A DNA stretch of 64,000 bases. Source: Candidatus Omnitrophota bacterium. GTDB taxonomy: Bacteria; Omnitrophota; Gorgyraeia; DTHP01. Shown piece by piece: positions 9,261-19,152 of the stretch. The stretch covers positions 22,566 through 86,565 of the forward strand of contig JAMWCW010000005.1 of assembly GCA_023819145.1 (NCBI GenBank), written 5' to 3'. The notes under the pieces were generated by a model that did no database searches, was not told the origin of the DNA, and saw only the letters and a program-made list of their open reading frames with translations. Positions within the stretch are counted from its first letter, which is position 1, and every line of letters begins with the position of its first letter. The position numbers were made by a program, and so were the translations under genes.

Positions 9261-9344
9261 GGGCGAGTGGAGGAATGGTATACTCGACGGACTTAAAATC
9301 CGTTGGCCGTTAAGGCCGTAAGGGTTCGAATCCCTTCTCGCCCA
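9261..9344 (+). tRNA. tRNA-Leu (TAA)
   Basis: GGGCGAG/CTCGCCC acceptor stem, ACGGA-CTTAAAA-TCCGT anticodon arm, long variable arm, TTCGAAT T loop. Confidence 0.96.
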
Positions 9345-9377
9345 TAGACAATTTGGCAAGGGAACAATTTATTTTAT

Positions 9378-9455
9378 GGGCGCTTAGCTCAGTTGGTTTA
9401 GAGTGCTTCCTTGACATGGAAGAGGTCACAGGTTCAAGTCCTGTAGCGCCCACCA
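9378..9455 (+). tRNA. tRNA-Val (GAC)
   Basis: GGGCGCT/AGCGCCC stem, CTTCC-TTGACAT-GGAAG anticodon arm, TTCAAGT T loop, encoded CCA. Confidence 0.97.
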
Positions 9456-9513
9456 GTATAAGCTTTGAAAATTAAGTGCAAAGTTCAAGATTTCTGATAT
9501 TTAATATTGCGAT

Positions 9514-11226
9514 ATGGATTTAGATACTTTACGACATTCTTGTGCTCATGTGATGGCCCAGGCAGTAAAAAGACTTTTTCCCGCCACAAAGTTGGGGATT
9601 GGGCCTTCCATTGAAGACGGGTTCTACTATGACTTTGATTCTCCTCATAAGTTTGCTCTTGAAGACCTAGAGAAGATTGAGGAGAAGATGAAAGAGATTA
9701 TCAAGGAGGATTTTCCTTTTATAAAGGAGGAAATTTCTAAGAAAGAGGCAGAAGATTTATTTAAGAAATGGGGAGATGATTATAAGTTAGATTTACTTAA
9801 AGAAATTCCTGAGGAAAAAGTGACCATTTATCGTAGCGGAGAATTCATAGATTTGTGCCGTGGTCCTCATGTAGAATCCACGGGTAAAATTAAGGCTTTC
9901 AAACTCCTCTCCATTGCTGGGGCTTACTGGCACGGCATAGAAACCAATCCCATGCTTCAAAGAATCTATGGGACATGTTTCCTTACCTCGAAAGAACTGG
10001 AGGTTTATTTAAATAAATTAGAGGAAGTAAAGAAACGGGACCACAGAAAATTAGGCAAGGAATTGGAGTTTTTCAGTATCCATGAAGAAGCAGGAGCAGG
10101 ACTTATTTTTTATCATCCCAAAGGAGCAGTTTTAAGGACAATTATTGAGGATTATGAGAAGAGAGAACATCTTAAAAGAGGATATCAGCTGGTGATTACT
10201 CCCCATATTTTAAGGTCGGATATCTGGATGCGCTCTGGCCACTATAATTATTATAAGGAGAATATGTATATTTTTAAAGTAGAGGAACAGGAATTTGCCG
10301 TAAAGCCCATGAATTGCCCCGGGCATATTCTGATTTATAAATCAAAATTACGCAGTTACAGAGAACTGCCTTTACGTTTCTTTGAGCTCGGTTCCGTATA
10401 CCGCAATGAAAAAACAGGCGTTTTGCACGGACTTTTGAGGGTTAGAGGATTTACGCAGGACGATGCCCACATTTTTTGCACGGAGGAACAATTGATTGAT
10501 GAGATAAAAGGGGTAATTGATTTTGTTATCGAAACAATGAGGGTTTTTGGTTTTGACGAGTATGAGATAGAGTTAAGTACCCGCCCAGAAAAATCCATTG
10601 GTACCGATGAAGAATGGCAGAGGGCAGAAAATGCTCTAAAAAAATCCTTGAGCGAGAAAGGTTTGGATTGTAAAATAAGTCCGGGGGAAGGTGCTTTCTA
10701 CGGACCGAAGATTGATATAAAATTGAAGGATGCCTTAAAGAGAACTTGGCAGTGTGCAACCATTCAATGTGATTTTGCTTTACCCAAGCGCTTTGACTTA
10801 ACCTACACCGCTTCCGATGGTTCTCTGAAAAGACCGATAATGCTTCATCGCGTAGTCTTGGGGAGCATGGAACGTTTTATAGGAACGTTAATTGAGCATT
10901 ATGCAGGCGCACTGCCTCTCTGGCTGGCACCGGTGCAGGGAATAATCATTCCTATTTCGGATAAAGCACTTGATTATGCAGAGATGGTAAAAGAAAAGCT
11001 TTTAGAAGAGGGTTTGCGGGTAGAAATTGATATGCGTGAGGAAAAGATGCAGTACAAGATTCGGCAGGCACAGCTTAATAAAATTCCATACATGATTATT
11101 GTAGGAGAAAAAGAAAAGGTTTCAAATACCTTAAGCATCAGGGAGCGTAAAAAGGGAGACTTGGGTCAAATTACATTAGCTAAGTTTTTGGAGCAAATTA
11201 AAAACGAGATAAGCGAAAGGAGGTGA
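9514..11226 (+). CDS. thrS: Threonine--tRNA ligase (lacks the N-terminal TGS domain)
   Basis: RHSCAH and DLCRGPH editing domain, RDHRKLG, KPMNCPGH, RVRGFTQDDAH, GAFYGPK. Confidence 0.98.
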   Translation: MDLDTLRHSCAHVMAQAVKRLFPATKLGIGPSIEDGFYYDFDSPHKFALEDLEKIEEKMKEIIKEDFPFIKEEISKKEAEDLFKKWGDDYKLDLLKEIPEEKVTIYRSGEFIDLCRGPHVESTGKIKAFKLLSIAGAYWHGIETNPMLQRIYGTCFLTSKELEVYLNKLEEVKKRDHRKLGKELEFFSIHEEAGAGLIFYHPKGAVLRTIIEDYEKREHLKRGYQLVITPHILRSDIWMRSGHYNYYKENMYIFKVEEQEFAVKPMNCPGHILIYKSKLRSYRELPLRFFELGSVYRNEKTGVLHGLLRVRGFTQDDAHIFCTEEQLIDEIKGVIDFVIETMRVFGFDEYEIELSTRPEKSIGTDEEWQRAENALKKSLSEKGLDCKISPGEGAFYGPKIDIKLKDALKRTWQCATIQCDFALPKRFDLTYTASDGSLKRPIMLHRVVLGSMERFIGTLIEHYAGALPLWLAPVQGIIIPISDKALDYAEMVKEKLLEEGLRVEIDMREEKMQYKIRQAQLNKIPYMIIVGEKEKVSNTLSIRERKKGDLGQITLAKFLEQIKNEISERR

Positions 11227-11233
11227 AAGGTTA

Positions 11234-11743
11234 TTGAGGTTTCTTAGGGTAAATGAACAGATAAGAGCCAGACAGATTCGGTTAATTGGGGAGAATGGCG
11301 AGCAGTTGGGAGTGGTTTCTCTTGAAGATGCATTGAGGCAGGCAGAAGAACACAATCTTGATTTGGTAGAGGTTGCGCCAGAAGCGATTCCTCCGGTCTG
11401 CCGGATTATGGACTATGGCAAATATCGATATGAGCAGGAAAAGAGAGAAAAGCAGGCGCGTAAGAGAATGCATATGCATCATCTTAAAGAAATTCGTTTA
11501 AAACCAAACATTGAAGAACACGACTATCAGGTTAAACTGAGAAATTTGCAAAAATTTCTTAAACACGGGGATAAGGTAAAAATCACGCTTTTTTATCGCA
11601 AGAGAGAATTTACCCACCCTGAGATTGGGGAGAAACTATTGGAGAGATTCTTAAATGATGCAACCCAGTGGGGGGAGATAGAAAAACCGCCCAAAAACGA
11701 AGGGAGAAACATTATTGCCGTAGTTGCGCCCCATCATGGTTAA
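11234..11743 (+). CDS. infC: Translation initiation factor IF-3 (TTG start)
   Basis: RVNEQIR, LDLVEVAP...PPVCRIMDYGK, KEIRL; AGGAGGTG SD upstream. Confidence 0.97.
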   Translation: MRFLRVNEQIRARQIRLIGENGEQLGVVSLEDALRQAEEHNLDLVEVAPEAIPPVCRIMDYGKYRYEQEKREKQARKRMHMHHLKEIRLKPNIEEHDYQVKLRNLQKFLKHGDKVKITLFYRKREFTHPEIGEKLLERFLNDATQWGEIEKPPKNEGRNIIAVVAPHHG

Positions 11744-11760
11744 GATACGGAGGTAGAGCT

Positions 11761-11958
11761 ATGCCGAAAATGAAAACTTCGCGTTCACTGGCGAAGCGCA
11801 TTAGGTCGACTAAAAGTGGTAAATTTAAAAGGCCAAAAGGCGGTAAAAGTCACCTTTTGAGCAAAAAGAGACGTAAACGAAAACTTGATTTGCGCAGACC
11901 GGGGTTCATTGCCCCGGTGGATAGAGAGAAAATTCGGAGACTGCTCCCTTATTATTAA
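11761..11958 (+). CDS. rpmI: 50S ribosomal protein L35
   Basis: MPKMKT...AKR...T.SGK, HLL.KK, RLLPY; the true start is ATG 11761 within track ORF 11668..11958. Confidence 0.96.
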   Translation: MPKMKTSRSLAKRIRSTKSGKFKRPKGGKSHLLSKKRRKRKLDLRRPGFIAPVDREKIRRLLPYY

Positions 11959-12041
11959 AAAAAATATAGGGAAGAATTTGGAATAATTTAGAATTGAATT
12001 AATGATTTTCCAATAAAATTCAAGGAGGGAGGGGAGTATTT

Positions 12042-12392
12042 ATGCCCAGGGTAAAACATGCGGTAGCGACACATAGAAGACACAAAAAGGTTCTCAAACA
12101 GGCTAAGGGTTACTGGGGAGCGCGAAGTAAACTCTATCGGAGGTCAAAGGAAACGGTTCAGCGTGCCTTGGTTTATAGTTACCGTGACCGCAGGGCGAAG
12201 AAACGTCAGTTTCGTAAACTTTGGATTACCCGTATTTCCATTGCCTGTAAAAATGAAGGGATTTCTTATAATCGGTTTATTCATGGCTTGAAGAAAACAA
12301 AAGTGGATTTGGACCGTAAAGTTTTGGCGGATTTGGCAGTAAACAACCCCGAAGTTTTCAGTAAATTAGTAGAATTGGTCAAAACCGCCTAA
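12042..12392 (+). CDS. rplT: 50S ribosomal protein L20
   Basis: MPRVK, AKGYWG, YRDRR.KKR.FR.LWI.RI, LDRKVLADLA. Confidence 0.98.
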   Translation: MPRVKHAVATHRRHKKVLKQAKGYWGARSKLYRRSKETVQRALVYSYRDRRAKKRQFRKLWITRISIACKNEGISYNRFIHGLKKTKVDLDRKVLADLAVNNPEVFSKLVELVKTA

Positions 12393-12460
12393 GGTGGAAA
12401 TGGCGTTTTAGAAAACATTTTTAGTTTCGGATTCTTCTGTTTCGATTTTGAGGAATAACT

Positions 12461-13111
12461 ATGTATGTCATAATTGTTGGTTGTGGACGGGTGGGTGCGG
12501 AACTAGCGAAGATTCTGCAAGAAGAAGGGCACAATGTAGTGGTCATTGATAAAAACCCCGATTCTTTTAAACGCTTGGGAGGAAATTTTAATGGTATAAC
12601 CCTCATCGGCAATGGATTTGATTTAGAGATCTTAAAAGAGGGCGGGGTGGAAAAGGCAGATGCGCTCTGTGCGGTGACCAATGGAGACAACACCAACATT
12701 ATGACTGCCCAGGTGGCAAAGAAGATTTTTAATGTTCCCAAGGTAATCGCGCGTGTGTATGACCCCCAGCGTGCAGAGATTTATCGTTCTTTGGGCATTT
12801 ACACTATCAGTGGAACCCTTCTCTTTGCCTACATGATGCGTGACAAACTTATTGAAAGCCATTTCACCGGATATCTCATTGAGACTAAGGAACTGGGAGT
12901 ATTAGAATTTAATGCCACAGATGATATGGTGGGGAAGTCGGTAAAAGAAATTAATCTTCCTGAAGAGTTTCTTGTGACGACGATTATAAGGAAAAAGAAG
13001 GGGACTTTTATCCCTGCGGAGAATACCTTTATAGAAAAAGGGGATATTCTGATTGCCGTGGTGAAAATCTCTACACTTAAAAAGATAAAGGCTTTATACA
13101 AAATTGAGTAA
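12461..13111 (+). CDS. trkA: Trk potassium uptake NAD-binding (RCK) subunit, copy 1
   Basis: IIVGCGRVG Rossmann motif, TNGDNTN, RCK_C domain. Confidence 0.92.
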   Translation: MYVIIVGCGRVGAELAKILQEEGHNVVVIDKNPDSFKRLGGNFNGITLIGNGFDLEILKEGGVEKADALCAVTNGDNTNIMTAQVAKKIFNVPKVIARVYDPQRAEIYRSLGIYTISGTLLFAYMMRDKLIESHFTGYLIETKELGVLEFNATDDMVGKSVKEINLPEEFLVTTIIRKKKGTFIPAENTFIEKGDILIAVVKISTLKKIKALYKIE

Positions 13112-13114
13112 GAA

Positions 13115-13777
13115 ATGTATATTATAATTGTAGGTGCTGGTAATGTAGGTAGATACCTTGCGCGGCGTCTTCTGGAAGATAAACATGTGGTGGTGGTGGT
13201 TGAAAAAGATTCTTCCCGCTGCAAAGAGCTTGCTAAAGAGATGGGAGCTTTGGTTATAAATGGGGATGGATGCGACCCCAAATCTCTGGAAGATGCGGGG
13301 GCAGACCGTGCAGATGTTGTGGCTGCGGTTACTGGAGACGATGAAGACAATTTGATTATTTGCCAATTGGCGAAAGAGAGATTTAGCACTAAACGTACCG
13401 TGGCACGGGTTAATGATTCTCGTAATGAATATATCTTTAGTGAATTGGGTGTGGATGTGCCCGTTGATTCTAATGCCATTATTGCCAAGATAATTGAGGA
13501 GGAAGTTTCTTTTGCCGATTTTGTTACTCTAATGACTTTCAAGCGGGGTAAATTAGCCATCGTGCGCGTCGATTTAGCAGAAGATTCTCCAGTGGTGAAT
13601 AAGGCAATAAAGGACTTAAAATTACCTCACGATGCGGTATTGGTTTCTGTAATTCGCGGTGATAAAGTGATTATTCCCAGAGGGGATACGGTTTTGGAAC
13701 CGCGTGATGATGTAATTGCACTTACTACCGTAGAAAACGAAAAGCAACTTTTAGAATTTTTAGTAGGCAAAATATGA
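13115..13777 (+). CDS. trkA: Trk potassium uptake NAD-binding (RCK) subunit, copy 2
   Basis: IIVGAGNVG, VTGDDEDNL, IIPRGDTVL RCK_C motif. Confidence 0.92.
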   Translation: MYIIIVGAGNVGRYLARRLLEDKHVVVVVEKDSSRCKELAKEMGALVINGDGCDPKSLEDAGADRADVVAAVTGDDEDNLIICQLAKERFSTKRTVARVNDSRNEYIFSELGVDVPVDSNAIIAKIIEEEVSFADFVTLMTFKRGKLAIVRVDLAEDSPVVNKAIKDLKLPHDAVLVSVIRGDKVIIPRGDTVLEPRDDVIALTTVENEKQLLEFLVGKI

Positions 13778-13890
13778 AACAATACATCTTTTCTAATATC
13801 GCAAAGGGAATCTTTACCATTTTTATCTTTTACTCTTCTCTTTTAATTTTTTCTTTTCTTTTAGGTCTATTATTCATTAGATTTTTTTAA
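13774..13890 (+). CDS. Small single-TM protein (38 aa) inside the trk operon
   Basis: Manual translation MKQYIFSNIAKGIFTIFIFYSSLLIFSFLLGLLFIRFF; ATGA overlap with the trkA stop; fills the gap before trkH. Confidence 0.55.
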   Translation: MKQYIFSNIAKGIFTIFIFYSSLLIFSFLLGLLFIRFF

Positions 13891-13900
13891 TTTTAATTCC

Positions 13901-15403
13901 ATGTTAGTCAAGCCAAGATTTGAAGACATTCGTTTAGTTTTGTATTATATTGGTAAAATTATTATTGCCGTAGGAATTTCTTTGTCCTTACCACTCTTAA
14001 CTGCCGTTTTTTTACAGGAAAAGGTGCCACTAATAGATTTTCTTCTCTCCTTGGGGATATTTCTCAATCTGGGGTTTTTATTCATTTTTGTTTTTAAGAT
14101 AGAGAAAGAATTACGCTGGATGCACGCGATGGTAATTGTTTCTTTAGGCTGGTTATTTATGGCGGTTTTAGGGGCGATTCCTTTGTATTTAAGTGGTCAC
14201 TGGAGAAGTTTTCTGGATGCGGTTTTTGATGCCATGAGCGGTTTAGCCACCACAGGGCTTACGCTGGTGCAAGACCTTGACCATCTCTCGATGGCGCACC
14301 AGATGTGGCGACATCTCATGATGTTCATTGGAGGGCAAGGGGTGATTATCATGGCTTTGAGTTTTCTCGGTCAAGGGATGGGAGGTGCTTTCAGGATATA
14401 TGTGGGTGAAGCAAGGGAAGAGAAAATTTTCCCCAATGTGATTGAAACTGCAAGGTTTATTTTCGTCTTAAGTATTTTCTATCTTATTTTTGGTAGCCTC
14501 ATTTTAGGGGGCATCGCTTTATTAGAAGGAGTTTCCTTAAAACGCGCATTTTTCCATGGCTTGTGGCTTTTTATGGCGTCTTTTGATACCGGAGGATTTG
14601 CTCCCCAAACACAGAATATTTTATACTATCACAGTTTTGCCTTGGAGATGGCTACGATATTTATGATGTTTCTGGGAGTAATTAATTTTAAATTACATTA
14701 CAGTCTTTGGACAGGTAACAGGAAAGAATTTTGGAGGGATATTGAGATTATCAGTTTTTCCTCCACTGTTGTTTTAACTTTCTTGCTTGTGGCAGTAGGT
14801 TTATCTAAGCTCGATGTGTATCCAGAGGCAATGGTTTTATTCCGTAAAGGATTTTACCAACTCATTTCTGGGCATACGGGCACAGGTTATATGACCCTTT
14901 CCCCCCAGGAATTAATAAATTCCTGGCCTGCTTTGGCCATTGTAGGGCTTATCATCGCCATGGGTTTAGGAGGGGCAACCTGTTCTACTACCGGAGGTAT
15001 TAAAGCTTTAAGAATTGGTTTGGTTTTTAAAGCGCTTATTCAGGATGTGAAACAATTGATGCAACCCGATAACGTGGTTTCAGTAGAAAAATTTCATCAT
15101 GTGCGGGATTTAATCTTAGAAGACCGTCATGTGCGTTCTGCGGCGGTTATTTTTCTTGCTTATCTTATGCTTTATCTTTTAGGAACCGTGGTGGGGATGC
15201 TTTGCGGTTATCCCTTTTTAGAATCGTTCTTTGAATCCACTTCTGCAGGAGCAAATGTAGGGCTTTCCTGTGGGATTACCTCATTCTATATGCCTACGGC
15301 TTTAAAATTGACCTATATTCTTCAAATGTGGCTGGGACGTTTGGAATTTGTAGCGATATTTACTTTGGTAGGTTTTCTCATTGCGTTAATCAGAGGGAAA
15401 TAG
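13901..15403 (+). CDS. trkH: Trk potassium uptake membrane subunit TrkH
   Basis: Polytopic; SGLATTG, FDTGGF, HTGTGY, STTGGIK, ANVGLS pore-loop motifs, WLGRLE. Confidence 0.95.
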   Translation: MLVKPRFEDIRLVLYYIGKIIIAVGISLSLPLLTAVFLQEKVPLIDFLLSLGIFLNLGFLFIFVFKIEKELRWMHAMVIVSLGWLFMAVLGAIPLYLSGHWRSFLDAVFDAMSGLATTGLTLVQDLDHLSMAHQMWRHLMMFIGGQGVIIMALSFLGQGMGGAFRIYVGEAREEKIFPNVIETARFIFVLSIFYLIFGSLILGGIALLEGVSLKRAFFHGLWLFMASFDTGGFAPQTQNILYYHSFALEMATIFMMFLGVINFKLHYSLWTGNRKEFWRDIEIISFSSTVVLTFLLVAVGLSKLDVYPEAMVLFRKGFYQLISGHTGTGYMTLSPQELINSWPALAIVGLIIAMGLGGATCSTTGGIKALRIGLVFKALIQDVKQLMQPDNVVSVEKFHHVRDLILEDRHVRSAAVIFLAYLMLYLLGTVVGMLCGYPFLESFFESTSAGANVGLSCGITSFYMPTALKLTYILQMWLGRLEFVAIFTLVGFLIALIRGK

Positions 15404-15406
15404 TAA

Positions 15407-15937
15407 ATGAAATTTTACAGTTTACAGTTTAAGATTTATAGTATAGCGTTTATTGTATACGCTCTGCATTGTTTACTCTTTACTGCCTGTTTTGCGGGGG
15501 TTATTTCTGGCAAAGATTTACTCACTAACCCCAATGAATATGATGGCAAAAAAGTGGTTTATCGGGGAGAAGTAATTGGAGACGTGATGAAAAGAGGAGA
15601 TTTTTTCTGGATAAATCTTTACGATGGAGATTTCGCCATTGGGGTATATTTGGCCAAGGAACTCCTTCCTTCCATAAAATATGTTGGTAGTTACAAAATA
15701 ACCGGAGATACTCTGGAAGTAGAGGGAATTTTTCATGCGCGCTGTGTAGAGCATGGAGGAGATGTGGATATTCATGCGGAAAAAGTGAGCATAATTAGCG
15801 AAGGTTTTCTCCGAGAGGAAAAAATTAATCCTTTAAGGGAAAGATGGATGAAACGGTTCTTTGTCTCTGGTTCTTTTCTTCTTGTCTGTATTGTTTTGCG
15901 TAACTTGTGGTTTGCTTTAAAAATAAAGAGAGCATGA
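15407..15937 (+). CDS. Membrane-anchored OB-fold-like protein
   Basis: Signal-like N-terminus, YDGKKVVYRGEVIGD...GDTLEVEGIF beta-barrel pattern, C-terminal TM; contiguous with trkH. Confidence 0.6.
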   Translation: MKFYSLQFKIYSIAFIVYALHCLLFTACFAGVISGKDLLTNPNEYDGKKVVYRGEVIGDVMKRGDFFWINLYDGDFAIGVYLAKELLPSIKYVGSYKITGDTLEVEGIFHARCVEHGGDVDIHAEKVSIISEGFLREEKINPLRERWMKRFFVSGSFLLVCIVLRNLWFALKIKRA

Positions 15938-16998
15938 TGCAAGAAGAGATTAAGGAAATAGAGAAAGAATTTCTTGAAGAGGTTAAAAAAATAAGCTCTC
16001 TTAAAGAGCTTGAGGTCTTAAGAGCGAAATATCTGGGGCGCAAAGGGGTTTTAAGTGGATTTTTCTCCAGATTTTCCCAAGTGGATGTTTCGCAGAGAGC
16101 AATTTTGGGTGAAGTACTCAATAGTTTTAAGGAGAGGGTACAAAGTGTAATAAAGGATATAGAGGAGAGATTAGAAAGAACCGCTCAAGAAGGAGGAGAG
16201 CTTGACGTTACTCTTCCTGGAGTTTCTTTTAACAGAGGAGTAAAGCATATTCTGACCCAGACGATAGAAAGTATTTTATCCATTTTTGAAACCCTCGGCT
16301 TTGTGGTTGTCGAGGGCTCGGAAATAGAGACTGAATACTATAATTTTACGGCACTGAATATTCCCCCCGAGCATCCAGCTACAGAAGCCTTTCATACTTT
16401 TTATTTGAGTACCGAAGCCACTACCACTAAGAATCGCGGTTTGGAAGAACTAAAATGCTCTCCCGGAAGATATTTATTGAGAAGTCAGACCTCTACCCTT
16501 CAAGTGCGTATTATGGAACAATTTAAACCTCCGTTAAGGGTGGTTTCTCCGGGAAGGGTTTACCGTCCGGACGCAACCGATGCAAGTCACTCTTTCATGT
16601 TTCACCAGATTGAAGGTTTTGCTGTAGGGGAGAAAGTCAAATTCTCTGATCTTAAAGGAACTCTTTTTGCCTTTGCTCAAAGATTTTTTGGTAAAGAGAT
16701 CAAGATGCGTTTTAGACCGCATCATTTTCCTTTTACCGAACCATCAGTAGAGGTAGACATATCTTGTATAATCTGTAAAGGTAAAGGCTGTAGTGTTTGC
16801 GGCAGGAAAGGATGGCTTGAAATTTTAGGAGCGGGGATGGTTCATCCCCGCGTGTTTTATTCTGCGGGATATCCTTCAGGGAAATACAGGGGTTTTGCCT
16901 TTGGCATGGGAGTAGAACGAATTGCTATGCTTAAATATGGTATTGATGACATCCGTTTATTCTTTGAGAATGACTTGAGATTCCTGAGGCAGTTTTGA
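15934..16998 (+). CDS. pheS: Phenylalanine--tRNA ligase alpha subunit
   Basis: YLGRKG, NFTALN, FHQIEG, FPFTEPS, CxxCxGxGCxxC, GFAFGMGVER; probable ATG at 15934 overlapping the previous stop. Confidence 0.98.
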   Translation: MMQEEIKEIEKEFLEEVKKISSLKELEVLRAKYLGRKGVLSGFFSRFSQVDVSQRAILGEVLNSFKERVQSVIKDIEERLERTAQEGGELDVTLPGVSFNRGVKHILTQTIESILSIFETLGFVVVEGSEIETEYYNFTALNIPPEHPATEAFHTFYLSTEATTTKNRGLEELKCSPGRYLLRSQTSTLQVRIMEQFKPPLRVVSPGRVYRPDATDASHSFMFHQIEGFAVGEKVKFSDLKGTLFAFAQRFFGKEIKMRFRPHHFPFTEPSVEVDISCIICKGKGCSVCGRKGWLEILGAGMVHPRVFYSAGYPSGKYRGFAFGMGVERIAMLKYGIDDIRLFFENDLRFLRQF

Positions 16999-17050
16999 AT
17001 CGCTAATTGGTGATTTTAATATTTATTTAACCATATAACTAATCAAGCGG

Positions 17051-19105
17051 ATGAAGGTAACCTATAATTGGCTTAAAGATTTCGTAGAGATAAGAACTAC
17101 CCCCCAGTCATTAGCGGAAAAACTTACAATGGCAGGGTTGGAAGTAGTTTCTTTGGAAGAAGTTGATAAAGATTGGGTGTTGGAGATAGAGGTTACTACC
17201 AATCGTCCTGACTGGTTAAGTATTATAGGGATTGCCCGCGAAGTTTCGGCAATTACTGGAGGTAAATTTAAAGTCTCCTCAATAAAGAACACCACCTGCC
17301 ATTTACCCCTTACCCGATTACCTTTTGAAATTAAAATTGAAGATAAAAAAGGTTGCCCACGGTACATTGGGAGGGTGATTGAGAATGTGGAGATAAAACC
17401 ATCTCCTTCTTGGCTACAGAAAAGGCTTACGGCAGTAGGGTTAAGGCCGATTAACAATGTTGTAGACATTACCAATTATTGTCTTTTTGAAACTGGTCAA
17501 CCAATGCATGCCTTTGATTATGAGAAAATTGAAAATCAGACGATCATTGTCCGTAAGGCAAAAGATAAGGAGTCTATTGTTACTATTGACGGTGAAGAAC
17601 GCAAACTGGACAGTTCGATGCTTATCATTGCCGATAAAATAAAACCCATCGCCATTGCCGGAATTATGGGAGGTAAAAATACTGAGGTAAGCGAATTTAC
17701 AAAAACGGTTCTTTTAGAAAGTGCTTATTTCGACCCGCTTACCATAAGAGGTGCTTCCCAAAAATTGGGATTAGTTACTGAGTCTTCATATCGTTTTGAG
17801 AGAAAAGTGGATTTAGACACCGTTTTAAATGCTTCTTTGCGTGCGCTGGAGTTGTTTGAAAAATATGCTTCTTTTAAGAAAAAGATTCTGGTGAGCAAAA
17901 TAAAAGACGTAGGTTCTAAAAAAGATAAAGAAAAAACAATTTCGTTAAATACTGAAGAGGTTAATAAATTTTTAGGAGAGAAAATCTCTTCTTCTCACAT
18001 TGAGAAGATTTTAAAGAGGCTTGGTTTCTCAGTAAAAAGGAAAAAAGATTTATTTGAAATAAAGCCCCCTTTCTTTCGTAGAGATATTGTAATCGAAGAA
18101 GATTTAATGGAGGAGATTGCCCGCATTTATGGGTATGATAAATTTCCTTTGACCCTTCCACAGGAAGAAATTTCTCAAGCTATTCCCCCTGCGCCTTTAT
18201 ATAAGACCAAGATGATATTTTATGAGATATTAACCGGGTTAGGCTTTAGCGAAGTAATTACCTATAGTTTGGTAGGGAAGAATCTGTTAGCAAAAGTAAA
18301 TCTCTCTGATGAAAAGGAATGGGTAAAGGTTCTTAATCCTTTGAGTAAAGAACAGGAGTTTTTGCGCCCCACACTCCTTGCCAGTATTTTAGAGGTTATT
18401 GCCCACAATTTAAAATATCAGACAGAGAACCTCAAGATTTTTGAATGGGGGAAAATTTACTTCCATAAAGAACTACCTCAGGAAATTCCTTATTTGGGAA
18501 TTTGTCTTAGCGGAAAAACTTCCTTGGGCTGGTTAAAAAAAGAAGAAGAATTAAGTTTTTATGATTTAAAAGGAGTGGTGGAATTAGTTTTAGGGCACTT
18601 GGGAATAAAGAAGGTTAATTTTCTTAAAAAAGAAAGTTCTTATTTAGAAAAGGGTTATTCTGCAGAGATAGCATTTGGAGAAGAATCTCTTGGTTTTTTA
18701 GGGAAGGTTAAAGAAGATATCCAGAGGCAATTTGATTTGCCCACAGAGGTCTATTGGGCAGAATTGGATTTAAATAAAGTGGTTTTTTTCTCCTCTTTTG
18801 AGAAAAGGTATGTAAGCTTGCCAAAATTTCCTTTTGTTTTAAGAGATATCTCTTTCTTGGTAAAGGAAGACATCGCCTACGAGAAAATTGAAGGATTTTT
18901 GAAAAATTTCCCTTGCGCTTTAATTAAAGAGATAACTTTGATTGATGTTTATAAAGGAGCAAATATCCCTCTTGGCAAAAAAAGCCTTACCTTCTCTTTA
19001 AAATTTCAGTCAGAACAACGCACCTTGCGTGATGAAGAAGTAGAGGAATCTCTGGTTAAGCTTCGTAAGGGGTTAGAAGAAGAGTTTCAAGCTGAACTCC
19101 GCTAA
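17051..19105 (+). CDS. pheT: Phenylalanine--tRNA ligase beta subunit (short form lacking the B2 OB domain)
   Basis: MKV.YNWL, NRPD, INNVVDITNY, ESAYF, EEIARIYGY, C-terminal FDX-ACB domain. Confidence 0.97.
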   Translation: MKVTYNWLKDFVEIRTTPQSLAEKLTMAGLEVVSLEEVDKDWVLEIEVTTNRPDWLSIIGIAREVSAITGGKFKVSSIKNTTCHLPLTRLPFEIKIEDKKGCPRYIGRVIENVEIKPSPSWLQKRLTAVGLRPINNVVDITNYCLFETGQPMHAFDYEKIENQTIIVRKAKDKESIVTIDGEERKLDSSMLIIADKIKPIAIAGIMGGKNTEVSEFTKTVLLESAYFDPLTIRGASQKLGLVTESSYRFERKVDLDTVLNASLRALELFEKYASFKKKILVSKIKDVGSKKDKEKTISLNTEEVNKFLGEKISSSHIEKILKRLGFSVKRKKDLFEIKPPFFRRDIVIEEDLMEEIARIYGYDKFPLTLPQEEISQAIPPAPLYKTKMIFYEILTGLGFSEVITYSLVGKNLLAKVNLSDEKEWVKVLNPLSKEQEFLRPTLLASILEVIAHNLKYQTENLKIFEWGKIYFHKELPQEIPYLGICLSGKTSLGWLKKEEELSFYDLKGVVELVLGHLGIKKVNFLKKESSYLEKGYSAEIAFGEESLGFLGKVKEDIQRQFDLPTEVYWAELDLNKVVFFSSFEKRYVSLPKFPFVLRDISFLVKEDIAYEKIEGFLKNFPCALIKEITLIDVYKGANIPLGKKSLTFSLKFQSEQRTLRDEEVEESLVKLRKGLEEEFQAELR

Positions 19106-19152
19106 GGTTACAAAAGTTACAAAATTAAATCAAATTTGTAACCAGCTTTGTT

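Noticed and set aside
9123-9359. 78-aa minus-strand ORF (also 28130..28330)
   Set aside because: These are reverse complements of tRNA genes.
12829-13560. 243-aa minus-strand ORF and many similar short antisense ORFs
   Set aside because: They lie opposite well-supported genes (trkA, V-ATPase, pheT, mutL) and have the Ser/Thr/Phe-biased composition typical of shadow frames.
16400-16480. Short insertion in PheS (STEATTTKNRGLEELKCSPG)
   Set aside because: It falls in a loop that varies in length among PheS proteins, and no repeat or element signature is visible.
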